A stretch of DNA of 64,000 bases from an uncultured Bacteroidota bacterium. GTDB taxonomy: Bacteria; Bacteroidota; Bacteroidia; Bacteroidales; DTGW01. Made by a program: the position numbers and the translations under genes. Positions 25,427 through 34,408 of this stretch are shown here, piece after piece. The stretch is from contig OY969556.1 in the NCBI GenBank assembly GCA_963701015.1, positions 4,025,509 through 4,089,508 of the forward strand. Direction: 5' to 3'. The notes beneath the pieces were generated by a model, which ran no database searches, was not told where the DNA came from, and was given only the letters and a program-made list of their open reading frames with translations. Numbering within the stretch: the first letter of the stretch is position 1; each line of letters begins with the position of its first letter.

Positions 25427-25663
25427 TTAATATAACAATGCTTCAACTAAAATATCTTCATCAAGAATTTCCCAATGAATCCCTTCGCCACCACCAATAA
25501 ACCTATAATTTTCCCTATCTTTTTTGGAAGCATCGCGCAAACTGGGAAACCAATCAATTGGTACTGAAAGTTCTCTTCCATCGTCAAGTAAAATATGCAT
25601 CATTAAGTCTGAAAACCAAACTTTTGTTGCATTAGCCGATTTAATAATTGTTGTGATATTCAT
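25427..25663 (-). CDS. DUF2442-family small protein
   Basis: 78-aa ORF (ILLDDGRELSVPIDWFPSLRDAS...GIHWEILDEDI) that overlaps the upstream DUF4160 ORF. Confidence 0.65.
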   Translation of the reverse strand: MNITTIIKSANATKVWFSDLMMHILLDDGRELSVPIDWFPSLRDASKKDRENYRFIGGGEGIHWEILDEDILVEALLY

Positions 25664-25877
25664 TCCATTTAATATTAAGAAAGTCTAAATTTTGAATTAT
25701 TAAATTTCTTATTTCATGAATCTCTGAAGAATTAAAATGTTTTGATTTAATAATTTCAACAGGATTTAATAAAAATTTTGCGGTACCTTCTGCTTTTTCA
25801 ATATGAATATGTGCAGGAGAATGATCATTAACATAAAAGAAAAACCTGTATCCATTAATATTTAATATTGTTGGCAT
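25641..25877 (-). CDS. DUF4160-family small protein
   Basis: 78-aa ORF with a HSPAHIHIEKAEGTAKF motif. Confidence 0.65.
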   Translation of the reverse strand: MPTILNINGYRFFFYVNDHSPAHIHIEKAEGTAKFLLNPVEIIKSKHFNSSEIHEIRNLIIQNLDFLNIKWNEYHNNY

Positions 25878-25905
25878 AACAATTTAGATATTGTTTGACA
25901 AAACT

Positions 25906-25925
25906 CAAAATTAGCGAATAAAATA
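25906..25925 (-). promoter_or_regulatory. conserved promoter-like box copy (proximal)
   Basis: CAAAATTAGCGAATAAAATA, 29 nt upstream of the DUF4160 ATG. Confidence 0.5.
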
Positions 25926-25968
25926 ACTTATTGCCAATGACTAATTACTGATTATAAATGATAATTTT

Positions 25969-25988
25969 CAAAATTAGCGAATTTATAA
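25969..25988 (-). promoter_or_regulatory. conserved promoter-like box copy (distal, tandem)
   Basis: CAAAATTAGCGAATTTATAA, directly abutting array 4. Confidence 0.45.
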
Positions 25989-25989
25989 T

Positions 25990-26222
25990 AAAACGGAAAA
26001 AGGGAAACGCAGTAAGGAAAAAGGGAAAACGGAGAAGGGAGAAGGGAGAAAGGAAAACGGGAAAGGAAAACGGAAAACGGAAGACGGAAGACGGAAAACG
26101 GGGAATGGAGAATGGTAAACGGAGAACGGAAAACGGAAGACGGAAGACGGAGAAGGGAAAACGGAAGACGGAAGACGGAGAACGGAAAAAGGAAAAAGGA
26201 AAATGGAAAACGGGGAAGAGAA
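25990..26222. repeat. purine-rich heptamer minisatellite, array 4 (about 33 units)
   Basis: Same heptamer family (GGAAGAC, GGAAAAC, GGAGAAG ...). Confidence 0.9.
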
Positions 26223-26900
26223 ATAATATTTGTGAGATTGTTGTAATTTGAAACCCGCCCCAACCCCTCCCGGGAGGGGAAATATTTTTTCGTATCACAC
26301 GAAGTGTGAAAGAGCAGCGGCCGGATCATCCGCGCGAGCCAGCGTTGGCTTTTAGCGAGGGGTTTCGGATGATCTTGAATTTTTGCTTCTTTTTGGTTCA
26401 GGCCAAAAAGTAGAGGAATAAATGAAATTGGCCTCTCCCCAGCCCTCTCCTAAAGAGAGGGAGTAGGAAAGTATTAAAAAATTTGGTGCAAAATAAATTA
26501 TTTCATAAAACTTCTTTCTTTTGGAACTTAGCGAAACGGTCTCATGACCGAAGTGAGTAAAGGGGTTTGGGATAGGCACTTTGGCTTTCAGATCGCACTA
26601 TCCGTGGACGACAGCGCGCAATACTCAAGACTTTTAACTGTATAAAACCATTTACCATTCACCGTTTTCCTTTTATCTGTCAAATGGTTCAAGACAAAAA
26701 GAAGAGGAATAAAATTTAGGAGAATTGTGCTCTCAATCCCCCAGCCCCCTTTTCAAAGGGGGAAAGCCCTGCTTTACAGTATAAAACCATTTACCTTTCT
26801 CCGTTTTCCTTTTATCCGTCAAATGGTTCAGGCCAAAAAGTAGAGGAATGCAAAGCTTTTGTAATACGCGTTTAAACTATCTTCATGAACGAAGTGTATA
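26223..26900. repeat. conserved hairpin block (copy b) plus GC-hairpin mosaic
   Basis: 26223-26345 matches 24553-24670. It is followed by an empty site for the 32-bp mini-insert (T-run 26380-26384), hairpin+TTGGGG units and two AACCATTT...AAATGGTT units. Confidence 0.85.
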
Positions 26901-26967
26901 AACTCGTACAAGTTGGACATTATGTATAAATCACTAACATCTATCAACAAGCAACTTACAACCTCTT

Positions 26968-27837
26968 TTATACGGTATCAATAAAACTTCTTTCAGTACG
27001 GTTAAAGATAATTATACCTAAAAACAAAACCACCAGGGTAAAAACTGTAGTGTATATTATCCCGGTTGAACTATGGGTGCCTGAACCCAGGAATCCGTAT
27101 TTAAATGTTTCTAAAATTGGTGTCATAGGATTAGCCATAATGAAAGGGCGTAATTTGCCATGAATCATAGAAACAGGGTAAATTACAGGGGTTGCATACA
27201 TAAGTAATTGAACTCCAAATGTTATAAGAAATGTCAGGTCGCGGTATTTAGTTGTTAGCGAAGTGAAAATAATCCCGAATCCCAAGCCAAGTCCACCCAT
27301 CAATAAAATAAGATACGGTGTTAACAACATATAAATATTGGGATGAATTGACAAATTGTGTTTTAATAAATAATAAATAAATACAGCTAAAAACAAACCA
27401 AATTGGATGCCAAATTTTATTAATCCCGATAAAACTTTTGACATTGGTGAAACAAGCCTTGGGAAATAGACCTTACCAAAAACATTGGCATTATCGGTAA
27501 ATGTCTTAGATGTTATACTAAAGCATTCTGAAAAATAATTCCAAACAATAATACCTGCAAGATAGAATAGCATCATGGGAATACCATCGGTAGGCATTTT
27601 GGCAATATTACCGAAAACCACAATATATATAGCCGTGGTTAAAATAGGTTGAAGTATAAACCAAATTGGACCAAGAACGGTTTGTTTATAAACCGTAACA
27701 ATGTCACGTTTAACAAACATGGTAAGTAAGTCACGATACTGCCAAATTTCTTTCAGGTTAATATCGAGAAGATGTTTCTTAGGCTGTATTATTTGAGTCC
27801 ATTGCTCTTCCGTAGTATTAAATTTTTCTTCGGGCAT
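26968..27837 (-). CDS. wzm: ABC-2 type glycan/O-antigen exporter permease Wzm
   Basis: 289-aa ORF with 6 predicted TM segments and a typical N-terminus (...EIWQYRDLLTMFVKRDIVTVYKQTVLGPIWFILQP). Confidence 0.85.
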   Translation of the reverse strand: MPEEKFNTTEEQWTQIIQPKKHLLDINLKEIWQYRDLLTMFVKRDIVTVYKQTVLGPIWFILQPILTTAIYIVVFGNIAKMPTDGIPMMLFYLAGIIVWNYFSECFSITSKTFTDNANVFGKVYFPRLVSPMSKVLSGLIKFGIQFGLFLAVFIYYLLKHNLSIHPNIYMLLTPYLILLMGGLGLGFGIIFTSLTTKYRDLTFLITFGVQLLMYATPVIYPVSMIHGKLRPFIMANPMTPILETFKYGFLGSGTHSSTGIIYTTVFTLVVLFLGIIIFNRTERSFIDTV

Positions 27838-27886
27838 TCTATTTTAAATTACCTATTACAAATGATTGTTAACAAATGATAAATTG

Positions 27887-27906
27887 CAAAATTAAGGAAA
27901 TTAAAC
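27887..27906 (-). promoter_or_regulatory. conserved promoter-like box copy
   Basis: CAAAATTAAGGAAATTAAAC, 50 nt upstream of the wzm ATG. Confidence 0.5.
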
Positions 27907-27918
27907 CAAATCTGACAA

Positions 27919-28125
27919 TGGAAAAGGGAGTTCGGAAAACGGAAGACGGAAAAGAGAGAAGGGAAGTCAATTACAAATTACGAATGACAAATTGGAAAAC
28001 GGAAAACGGAAGACGGAAGACGGAGAAGGGAAAACGGATAAGGGAAATCAATGACAAATTACAAATTACGGATGACAAATTGGAAAACGGAAGACGGAGA
28101 AGGGAAAACGGAGAACGGGAAAAAG
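27919..28125. repeat. heptamer minisatellite, array 5 (about 29 units, interleaved with A/T heptamers)
   Basis: GGAAAAC/GGAAGAC/GGAGAAG runs are interrupted twice by ATTACAA-ATTACGA-ATGACAA type heptamers, in the same 7-bp phase. Confidence 0.9.
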
Positions 28126-28410
28126 AAATAAGATTTGTGAGAGGGGTGTAATTTGAAACCCACCTCAACCGCTTCCGGGAGGGGAAATAATTTTTCGTAT
28201 CACACGAAGTGTGAAAGAGCGCGAGCCTGATCATCCGCGCGAGCCTTAAGAACCACCCCTTAGCCCCTCCTTTTAAAGGAGGGGAAACTGATTTGTTAAC
28301 TTTACTCGACTTCGTCTCATGAACTAAGTGAAGCGTTCTCACGAGTTTTACGAGTAACTTAGCAACGCGTTCTCACGACCAAAGGGAGTAAAACGCTTCG
28401 CTAAGTTCTA
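28126..28410. repeat. conserved 285-bp GC-hairpin block (copy c)
   Basis: Collinear with 24551-24835. Confidence 0.9.
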
Positions 28411-28639
28411 AGGGAGAAAAGCCTTGCCTTACAATATAAAACCATTTACCGTTCACCGTTTTTCTTTTATCCGTCAAATGGTTCAAGCCAAAAAGAAGAG
28501 GAATGTTAGCAAAAGCTTTAATACTTTATTGGTATGGAATTTATTTTTTATTTTGTAACACACGCTAGTAGTGTCACCACAGCTACTATCAGTTGATGCT
28601 TTGTACGTAATGCAAATTAATTTCCACTCCCGGGAAGGG

Positions 28640-29770
28640 TTAGAGTAGTGGTTGTTCTAAATCTAATACTTCTTTTCGAATCCATATTTGGAAAAGGGGA
28701 TCAGAGAAAACATAACCTTTATTAGTCTTCAAAATCAAACCTTTATTCAATAGAGCATGTATGGTACGTGAAATATTAATCAATTTTACATCAATAGTCG
28801 AATAGGGTTTTAAGCTTTCAGCCAAAGCCAATAAAACTGTCCGTTGCTCACGACTGCCAGATATGTCTTCCCATAATTTTTCGAGATAACCTTTTTCTGA
28901 ATCCAAAAGTAAGGACAGAATTAAATCATAAGCTTTTTGGGTATCGTTGGGTAATTCATTAACCAATAGTAAATGCTGTAGCACAAGTGATGAATAGTAT
29001 GGGTGCCCTCCGGTAAAATCGAGTAATTTATCTATTAGCAGATTATTTACCTTAATTCCCGATAGGTTGAGTTTTGAAGTATAATATTTTTTATAGGTTT
29101 TAGAGTCAATACAGCCTATGTGAACAATACGGGCAAATCGATAAAAAGGCGATTTTGCAGTGGTAAACAATTGGTTCATCACCGATTCGTAGCTTCCTGA
29201 AAAAATATAACTAACATTTTTTTGGGTTTGCATTTTAGCCCGCAGCATTTTTGCAACGTCCGTTCCGCCAAGTTTCTCAATGTCCCCAAATTCATCAAGC
29301 CCTATAATTAATTGTTTTTGGTATTTTAATGAAAACTTATCGGCAAAGTCAATGCTGTTTTCAAGTAATTCCCAAGGATCACTTTCGGGTTTGGCATATT
29401 TCAGTACAAAATCAAATTCTTCAATAGTACTGCGTAATTCAACATTTTTAATCAGTTCGCCTAAGTTCTTTTTTACCAATTGAATAATATTTTCGAGTTT
29501 CTTATTTTCTAAAATCTTGGAAGTTAATTGTTCTGATAGTCTCGTAATGTCGCGGGTAGTAAAAATATCAAGGTATGCAGTAAATTCCCCTTCATTCTTC
29601 AATAAGTCCAATATTTTAAATACCAGTGAGGTTTTACCAAAACGTCTGGGCGCTATTAAAACAACACTTTGTCCATTTTTCAATAAATTGCAAAGTTCAG
29701 CGATTTCTTTTGTACGCCCAATAAAATCAATACCCGTTACCGGTTTCCCTACTTGTAATGAATGTGTCAT
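28640..29770 (-). CDS. AAA+ ATPase (archaeal-ATPase/Orc1-like P-loop protein)
   Basis: 376-aa ORF with Walker A (IAPRRFGKTSL) and Walker B (IIGLDEF). Confidence 0.6.
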   Translation of the reverse strand: MTHSLQVGKPVTGIDFIGRTKEIAELCNLLKNGQSVVLIAPRRFGKTSLVFKILDLLKNEGEFTAYLDIFTTRDITRLSEQLTSKILENKKLENIIQLVKKNLGELIKNVELRSTIEEFDFVLKYAKPESDPWELLENSIDFADKFSLKYQKQLIIGLDEFGDIEKLGGTDVAKMLRAKMQTQKNVSYIFSGSYESVMNQLFTTAKSPFYRFARIVHIGCIDSKTYKKYYTSKLNLSGIKVNNLLIDKLLDFTGGHPYYSSLVLQHLLLVNELPNDTQKAYDLILSLLLDSEKGYLEKLWEDISGSREQRTVLLALAESLKPYSTIDVKLINISRTIHALLNKGLILKTNKGYVFSDPLFQIWIRKEVLDLEQPLL

Positions 29771-29942
29771 AGTTTCATTTATTATTCAACAAATATAATA
29801 CAAAAAGTGTATGGTACAAAAAGTGTATGGTACAAAAAGTGTCTTTATAAAATTTGTGGAATAGTAAAAGGTTTAATACAATAAAAAAATAGGGCAAAAA
29901 ATTCAATATTTCTGTAATATATAGAAAGGCAGGGAAAGTAAT

Positions 29943-30485
29943 TTATTTATTGATAAGTATTTCTGAATTCTCAACAAAATTCGATTCCTGGATTCGTCTT
30001 AAACTTGAAGGGTGTATTTCTACCAGCAAAGATTGATTAATTGCATCGATTTGCAATAATGCTCTTTTCTTTCCTTTGTAAGTTACTAATGTACCACAGA
30101 ATCCGGTTAAAGCACCGCGATAGACTTCTACCATCTCCCCGTATTCAAATAAATCATAGCTAACTTCAAATTTCTCTGTAGATTTTAAAAGCATTTTCAG
30201 GAATTCAATTTGATAGTCGGGTATTTTTGCCGGTTGAAATTCGAAGGATACAAAACCCGCAACACCGTCAATTGCTCTTACAATATGATATTTCTTATAG
30301 TTGGTGCGAACAAAAACATACGATCGGAATAAAGGCATTTCAACCATTTTTTTTCTGTCATGCCACTGGCGAAGGGTTTTTTGTAATGGCAAATAGGCTT
30401 CAATGCCATGCTCACATAACCGGGCATAAGCAACCTTCTCACTTCGCGACCGCACATAAATTGCATACCAATGAAGTTGCAACAT
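29943..30485 (-). CDS. UpxY-family (NusG/RfaH-like) transcription antiterminator
   Basis: WYAIYVRSRSEKVAYARL...PLFRSYVFVR plus a C-terminal KOW-like region. The ATG at 30485 is preferred over the longer ORF. Its position at the head of the glycan locus fits the family. Confidence 0.8.
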   Translation of the reverse strand: MLQLHWYAIYVRSRSEKVAYARLCEHGIEAYLPLQKTLRQWHDRKKMVEMPLFRSYVFVRTNYKKYHIVRAIDGVAGFVSFEFQPAKIPDYQIEFLKMLLKSTEKFEVSYDLFEYGEMVEVYRGALTGFCGTLVTYKGKKRALLQIDAINQSLLVEIHPSSLRRIQESNFVENSEILINK

Positions 30486-30637
30486 ATAACTAATTTTGGG
30501 GATGGTAAATATAAGTAATAATGTGCTGATTTGCCAATGAAACAATGCGCCAATGATTAAGTAGTAATTGAATTAGGATATAGAAAATTCGCTTACTGTT
30601 ATCATTTTAATTTACAATTAGTGCATTAGCAAATTGT

Positions 30638-31531
30638 TTAATTAACCATATCTTTTCTAATTTGGGCAACTATTGATTTTATTCCCTTCAGGTCGGTTTG
30701 ATCTACAGTAAAATCGATTTTGTGTGCATTGATAAGTTTGTTAAGCGTATCAATACTTACATCACCTTTTTCGTAGTAAATTTCAAATTTGCTAAAAGTT
30801 TTGTCAAGTGCTTTTAACATCAATATATATTTTGTAATGTTAGGGTCGCTTTGGTAATTGCTTAAAAGTGAAATAAGTGTGCGCAATGAATATTTTTGGA
30901 AAGCAATACGTTCAACTATTTCCTGGTTTGATACATTGTCGTCAGCAACTTTTGTAGCTATATAAAGCGCTTCAATCCATCCTCCCACTATAATCATGGC
31001 TGATATAGCCTGACGGTCGTTTTCGTTTAGGAAATGACTTGCCGAAACATAAATGTCCATGGCATATTTTGAGAGCGAATCGCGATTGGAAATATTTTTT
31101 TCCATTTTTTTAATGGCAATAGCAAACTGATTATCTGGAATACCAAGCTGTTGCGATAGCTTATGAATGACTGAAAAGTACAACAATGTTTTTTGATTCT
31201 GACCGAACATTTTGTTGTAACTCAGGTCAACGCCATAAATACCCATATTTAAAGCCGCTTTGGCACTGGTCTCGTAAAGATTTACATTTTCAACCGGATT
31301 TAAAATGTCAGGATTATAAACTGCACCAGCTTTTTCGAATATCTTGTACATCTCGCTTGGAAGATACATTTGGTAAAAAATGCTTTTGGCTTTTCGTACG
31401 CTTTCAACAGTGGTTTTTGTAGAGTCGGTATCATAAATTGCTTTATTGTCAGACGATTCGTTATGGCACGATGTTGCAATTAACAAAATAGCCACTAACC
31501 CTATCAATAAAAATTCCTTTACACTGCTCAT
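30638..31531 (-). CDS. hypothetical lipoprotein
   Basis: Signal/lipobox (LLIATSC). I recognise no family. Confidence 0.5.
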   Translation of the reverse strand: MSSVKEFLLIGLVAILLIATSCHNESSDNKAIYDTDSTKTTVESVRKAKSIFYQMYLPSEMYKIFEKAGAVYNPDILNPVENVNLYETSAKAALNMGIYGVDLSYNKMFGQNQKTLLYFSVIHKLSQQLGIPDNQFAIAIKKMEKNISNRDSLSKYAMDIYVSASHFLNENDRQAISAMIIVGGWIEALYIATKVADDNVSNQEIVERIAFQKYSLRTLISLLSNYQSDPNITKYILMLKALDKTFSKFEIYYEKGDVSIDTLNKLINAHKIDFTVDQTDLKGIKSIVAQIRKDMVN

Positions 31532-31859
31532 AGTACGTTTATTTTGTGCCAATAAATATAGCAATTTCACATTGGAATTCAAAGATAAAAATCAATTGCT
31601 AGTTTTCATGGTAGGATGAATAATATTTTTTGGAGAAATGCGATTGATTTTTGGCCTTTAGGTTTTAGTGTTTACATTACGACTGATTTAAACAACACAA
31701 ATTGGATATTAATAGGTTTGAAGTTTATGATAACATAATAATTACAGAAAATCTGAAAAAAACATTATCTGAATTAACAAGTGTTGTATTATTTAAGTAT
31801 TATAGAATAATTATGAGAATCGGACTTTAAGGAATTTAGAAGGTAATAATAAATAGTTC

Positions 31860-32240
31860 TTAATTTGTAAGTACACTAAATATAAATGGAACATTTGAAA
31901 GTTTTTCGTAATCTTTACCGGTTTCTAAAGCGTCTTCATCTTCTTCATTATACACCCAGTTCACAGTCACTTCTATACCCTTGTCTAAAGGTTCCTGCAA
32001 CATGCAAATTATTTCAAAAATGTTTTTTGACGAAGTTGAGTTGGCATATTCTAATTCGAAGGTTATTGTAGTTGATTTGTTTGGGTTTTTAAAATAATCT
32101 TTCAACCATTCCATTATTGGTACATAAAACGAAACTGCATTTTCAGGCAAGGACCGGCCAATAATTTGATATATTTCTTTATTCTTATCAAGAATAACTT
32201 TTGGTGTTAATTTTGTGGGCTCAATATATAACGGCTCCAT
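31860..32240 (-). CDS. SiaC-like DUF1987 protein (partner-switching component)
   Basis: 126-aa ORF with an N-terminus (IEPTKLTPKVILD...IIGRSLPENAVSFY.PI.EWL) typical of DUF1987. Confidence 0.65.
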   Translation of the reverse strand: MEPLYIEPTKLTPKVILDKNKEIYQIIGRSLPENAVSFYVPIMEWLKDYFKNPNKSTTITFELEYANSTSSKNIFEIICMLQEPLDKGIEVTVNWVYNEEDEDALETGKDYEKLSNVPFIFSVLTN

Positions 32241-32342
32241 AATGTTAATTATTAATGGTTTGGCAAATATAAGCTATATTATCTAATTTGATTTAAAATT
32301 TAAATTATTAAAATAATCGGCAATAATAACAGATAAAAGATA

Positions 32343-34403
32343 TTAAAATTTACATATAGCCTGAATGCCAATTTGTGTTTTGCAATTTCCATTTATTTGT
32401 GCAGGGCCAGTTCCTATACAATTCCTGTCGGAATAAAATATTTCACTGTATTTGGCAATAATTGTAAGTTTATATATAGGTCGCCAATTCAGGAGAAAAC
32501 AAATTGCAGATCCTTTTCCACTATACGCCGGAACGCTATATGAATACTTTAAATCGCTTTCGATTGAATATATCCGGCAATTATAATTATCGGTATAAAA
32601 AGCTATATATTTTGCATTGATTGATAACTTGGTTTTATTGGGCTTCCACAGAATATCCTGAGAAAATAAGAATCCATTTTGAAATGGTGATTCTGCTTTT
32701 GCATAAGCCGATATTTCAATTCTGTTTCGAATTTCAAATGACTCAGAAATTTTATAATTTTCCTGGAAACGATAATGTTGCAGATTTGTGGTTACTGTAA
32801 TTGGTGGATTTGGAGGAATTGAAGTTGTATCAATCATTTTGTTTATTATGGTATAACGAACTGAAAATGATAAATTCTCATTTTGATTATAATTACAGGC
32901 AATGGAATAATTTGAACCTGAAGAAGGCTGACTAATCTGGTATTTCAGCCAGGGATATTTAAAGAAATCAGCATATGCATTAATCTTCCAATTCGTTGAA
33001 GGTATATATTCTAAAGCATAATATAATCCATTTTCGTTGGTTGGCTGTCCGGTTTGACCAAATGCATTGGCGAAAGGTGACCAAAAAGCCGGCTGGTAAT
33101 GTCGGTAAACAGCAGCTATGGATAATTCCGAAGCCAGTTGACTGGTTATCCCATTCATTGCAGCAACAGCATTTTTATCATTTTTAGCAACTTCACCAAA
33201 AGTTTCGAATATTTTTGATTTATATATATAATCTATGGATGTTATTGAAACAGCATTACCTGAAAATGCATATTTATTGTATAACTCATTTGTCTTCTCA
33301 ACTTGAGCATCATAATGAATATTACAAAATGTTGCTCCAATTCGCAGTCTGCCAAAATAATAATTTATATTACTTCCAAAAACTCTTTCGCCTAATGATT
33401 TTTCATCTGCCACTTCACCTGGCAAGGCATGAACTCCTGAGTTTTGAAAAGTTGAAACAGATATAACTTTACCCGTGCTATCAATTGAAGTAATATTAGC
33501 GTCAATTTTTTTATTACTGAAAAAAGTTGAAATATTTAAACCTATAACTTTTACAGTACTTGCAATGCCGCGCATAAACCCATTTTCGTTATACGAAGCA
33601 AAATGGTCGAAACCTTGCGAAAACTTATTTATATTAATTGTCATTGTTCCTCTTCCAGGAGCAAATCCATTCCAAAATACAAGACCCTGGCCGAATTTTA
33701 CGTTATAATCGCCAATAATTATATTCTTAATATATTTTTTTGAACGATATTGTAAATACCCCGATGCAAAATCGAAAGTTTTATTATTGCTAAACCAAAT
33801 TTCACCCTGATCTTTTTCAGTGGTCAAACCTGCCTGAATATTTGAATTATATTCAAGTTGGTACTTGGTCATAACTTTATATGAATTACCCAAATAGTAT
33901 GAATTTGGACTTTTTGCCTTAATAGAATCCGAAACATTTCTATACCCATTTTGAAGTTCAATTATACGTGATGTGCCTGCCATAAACATTTGATTTAAGC
34001 CTTTATGAACATTTCCCAGATTTAAATTTTCATTATCAACTGTTATATAAGGTAAAATTTCCTCGATTGTTTCAACAGGCAAACCGTCAACACCATTTAG
34101 TTCAAATACTGACAGAAATGAACCATGTTTTTCTTTATATTCTATTATATTATTTATCTGAAATGGAGTCAGCATTCCGAGTTTTTCAAAATCATCCGCA
34201 ACTGCTTTATTTAAGTCAATTGGATGGTTATGCAAGTATTCAAGTGATTCAATAAAACTACTGGCATCAATAGAATTCTCAGCATTTTCGGCTGCATTTT
34301 CAATTGTTTCATCTTTATATTTTGAATTATCCTGTGCTTTTAAATTGTTTTTAATAATAAACAATATTGAAATGAGGATTATATATTGTTTAATCGGGAT
34401 CAT
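32343..34403 (-). CDS. helix-hairpin-helix (ComEA-like) domain protein with a large predicted outer-membrane beta-barrel region
   Basis: Signal peptide, an HhH-like segment (DFEKLGMLTPFQINNIIEYKEKHGSF), then about 550 aa of alternating aromatic-rich beta-strand-like sequence ending in F. Confidence 0.5.
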   Translation of the reverse strand: MIPIKQYIILISILFIIKNNLKAQDNSKYKDETIENAAENAENSIDASSFIESLEYLHNHPIDLNKAVADDFEKLGMLTPFQINNIIEYKEKHGSFLSVFELNGVDGLPVETIEEILPYITVDNENLNLGNVHKGLNQMFMAGTSRIIELQNGYRNVSDSIKAKSPNSYYLGNSYKVMTKYQLEYNSNIQAGLTTEKDQGEIWFSNNKTFDFASGYLQYRSKKYIKNIIIGDYNVKFGQGLVFWNGFAPGRGTMTININKFSQGFDHFASYNENGFMRGIASTVKVIGLNISTFFSNKKIDANITSIDSTGKVISVSTFQNSGVHALPGEVADEKSLGERVFGSNINYYFGRLRIGATFCNIHYDAQVEKTNELYNKYAFSGNAVSITSIDYIYKSKIFETFGEVAKNDKNAVAAMNGITSQLASELSIAAVYRHYQPAFWSPFANAFGQTGQPTNENGLYYALEYIPSTNWKINAYADFFKYPWLKYQISQPSSGSNYSIACNYNQNENLSFSVRYTIINKMIDTTSIPPNPPITVTTNLQHYRFQENYKISESFEIRNRIEISAYAKAESPFQNGFLFSQDILWKPNKTKLSINAKYIAFYTDNYNCRIYSIESDLKYSYSVPAYSGKGSAICFLLNWRPIYKLTIIAKYSEIFYSDRNCIGTGPAQINGNCKTQIGIQAICKF

Positions 34404-34408
34404 ATATA

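Noticed and set aside
20909-28125. Possibility that the tandem arrays are CRISPR arrays.
   Set aside because: The units are 7 bp (higher order 14/21/49 bp) and directly abutting. There are no unique spacers of 25-40 bp, no cas genes and no CRISPR-like repeat length.
22714-28342. Long ORFs across the heptamer arrays on both strands. Examples are 22714-22990, 24206-24659, 25945-26329 and 27876-28342, encoding NGKRKTENGKRRREN... or SPFSVFRSPFSVYH... repeats.
   Set aside because: They stay open only because the arrays are extremely purine/pyrimidine-skewed. Several overlapping frames are open at once. The conserved N-terminal stretches between copies lose frame after indels in the hairpin block. 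The periodicity is 7 nt, not a codon multiple.
30491-30498. A TAATTTTG box on the plus strand immediately next to the upxY start, considered as an OFF-state invertible promoter for the glycan locus.
   Set aside because: It lies at the gene-proximal end pointing away, whereas an inverted promoter would be expected at the distal end. No flanking inverted repeats were found in the 152-bp intergenic region, so it is likely a chance A/T-rich match.
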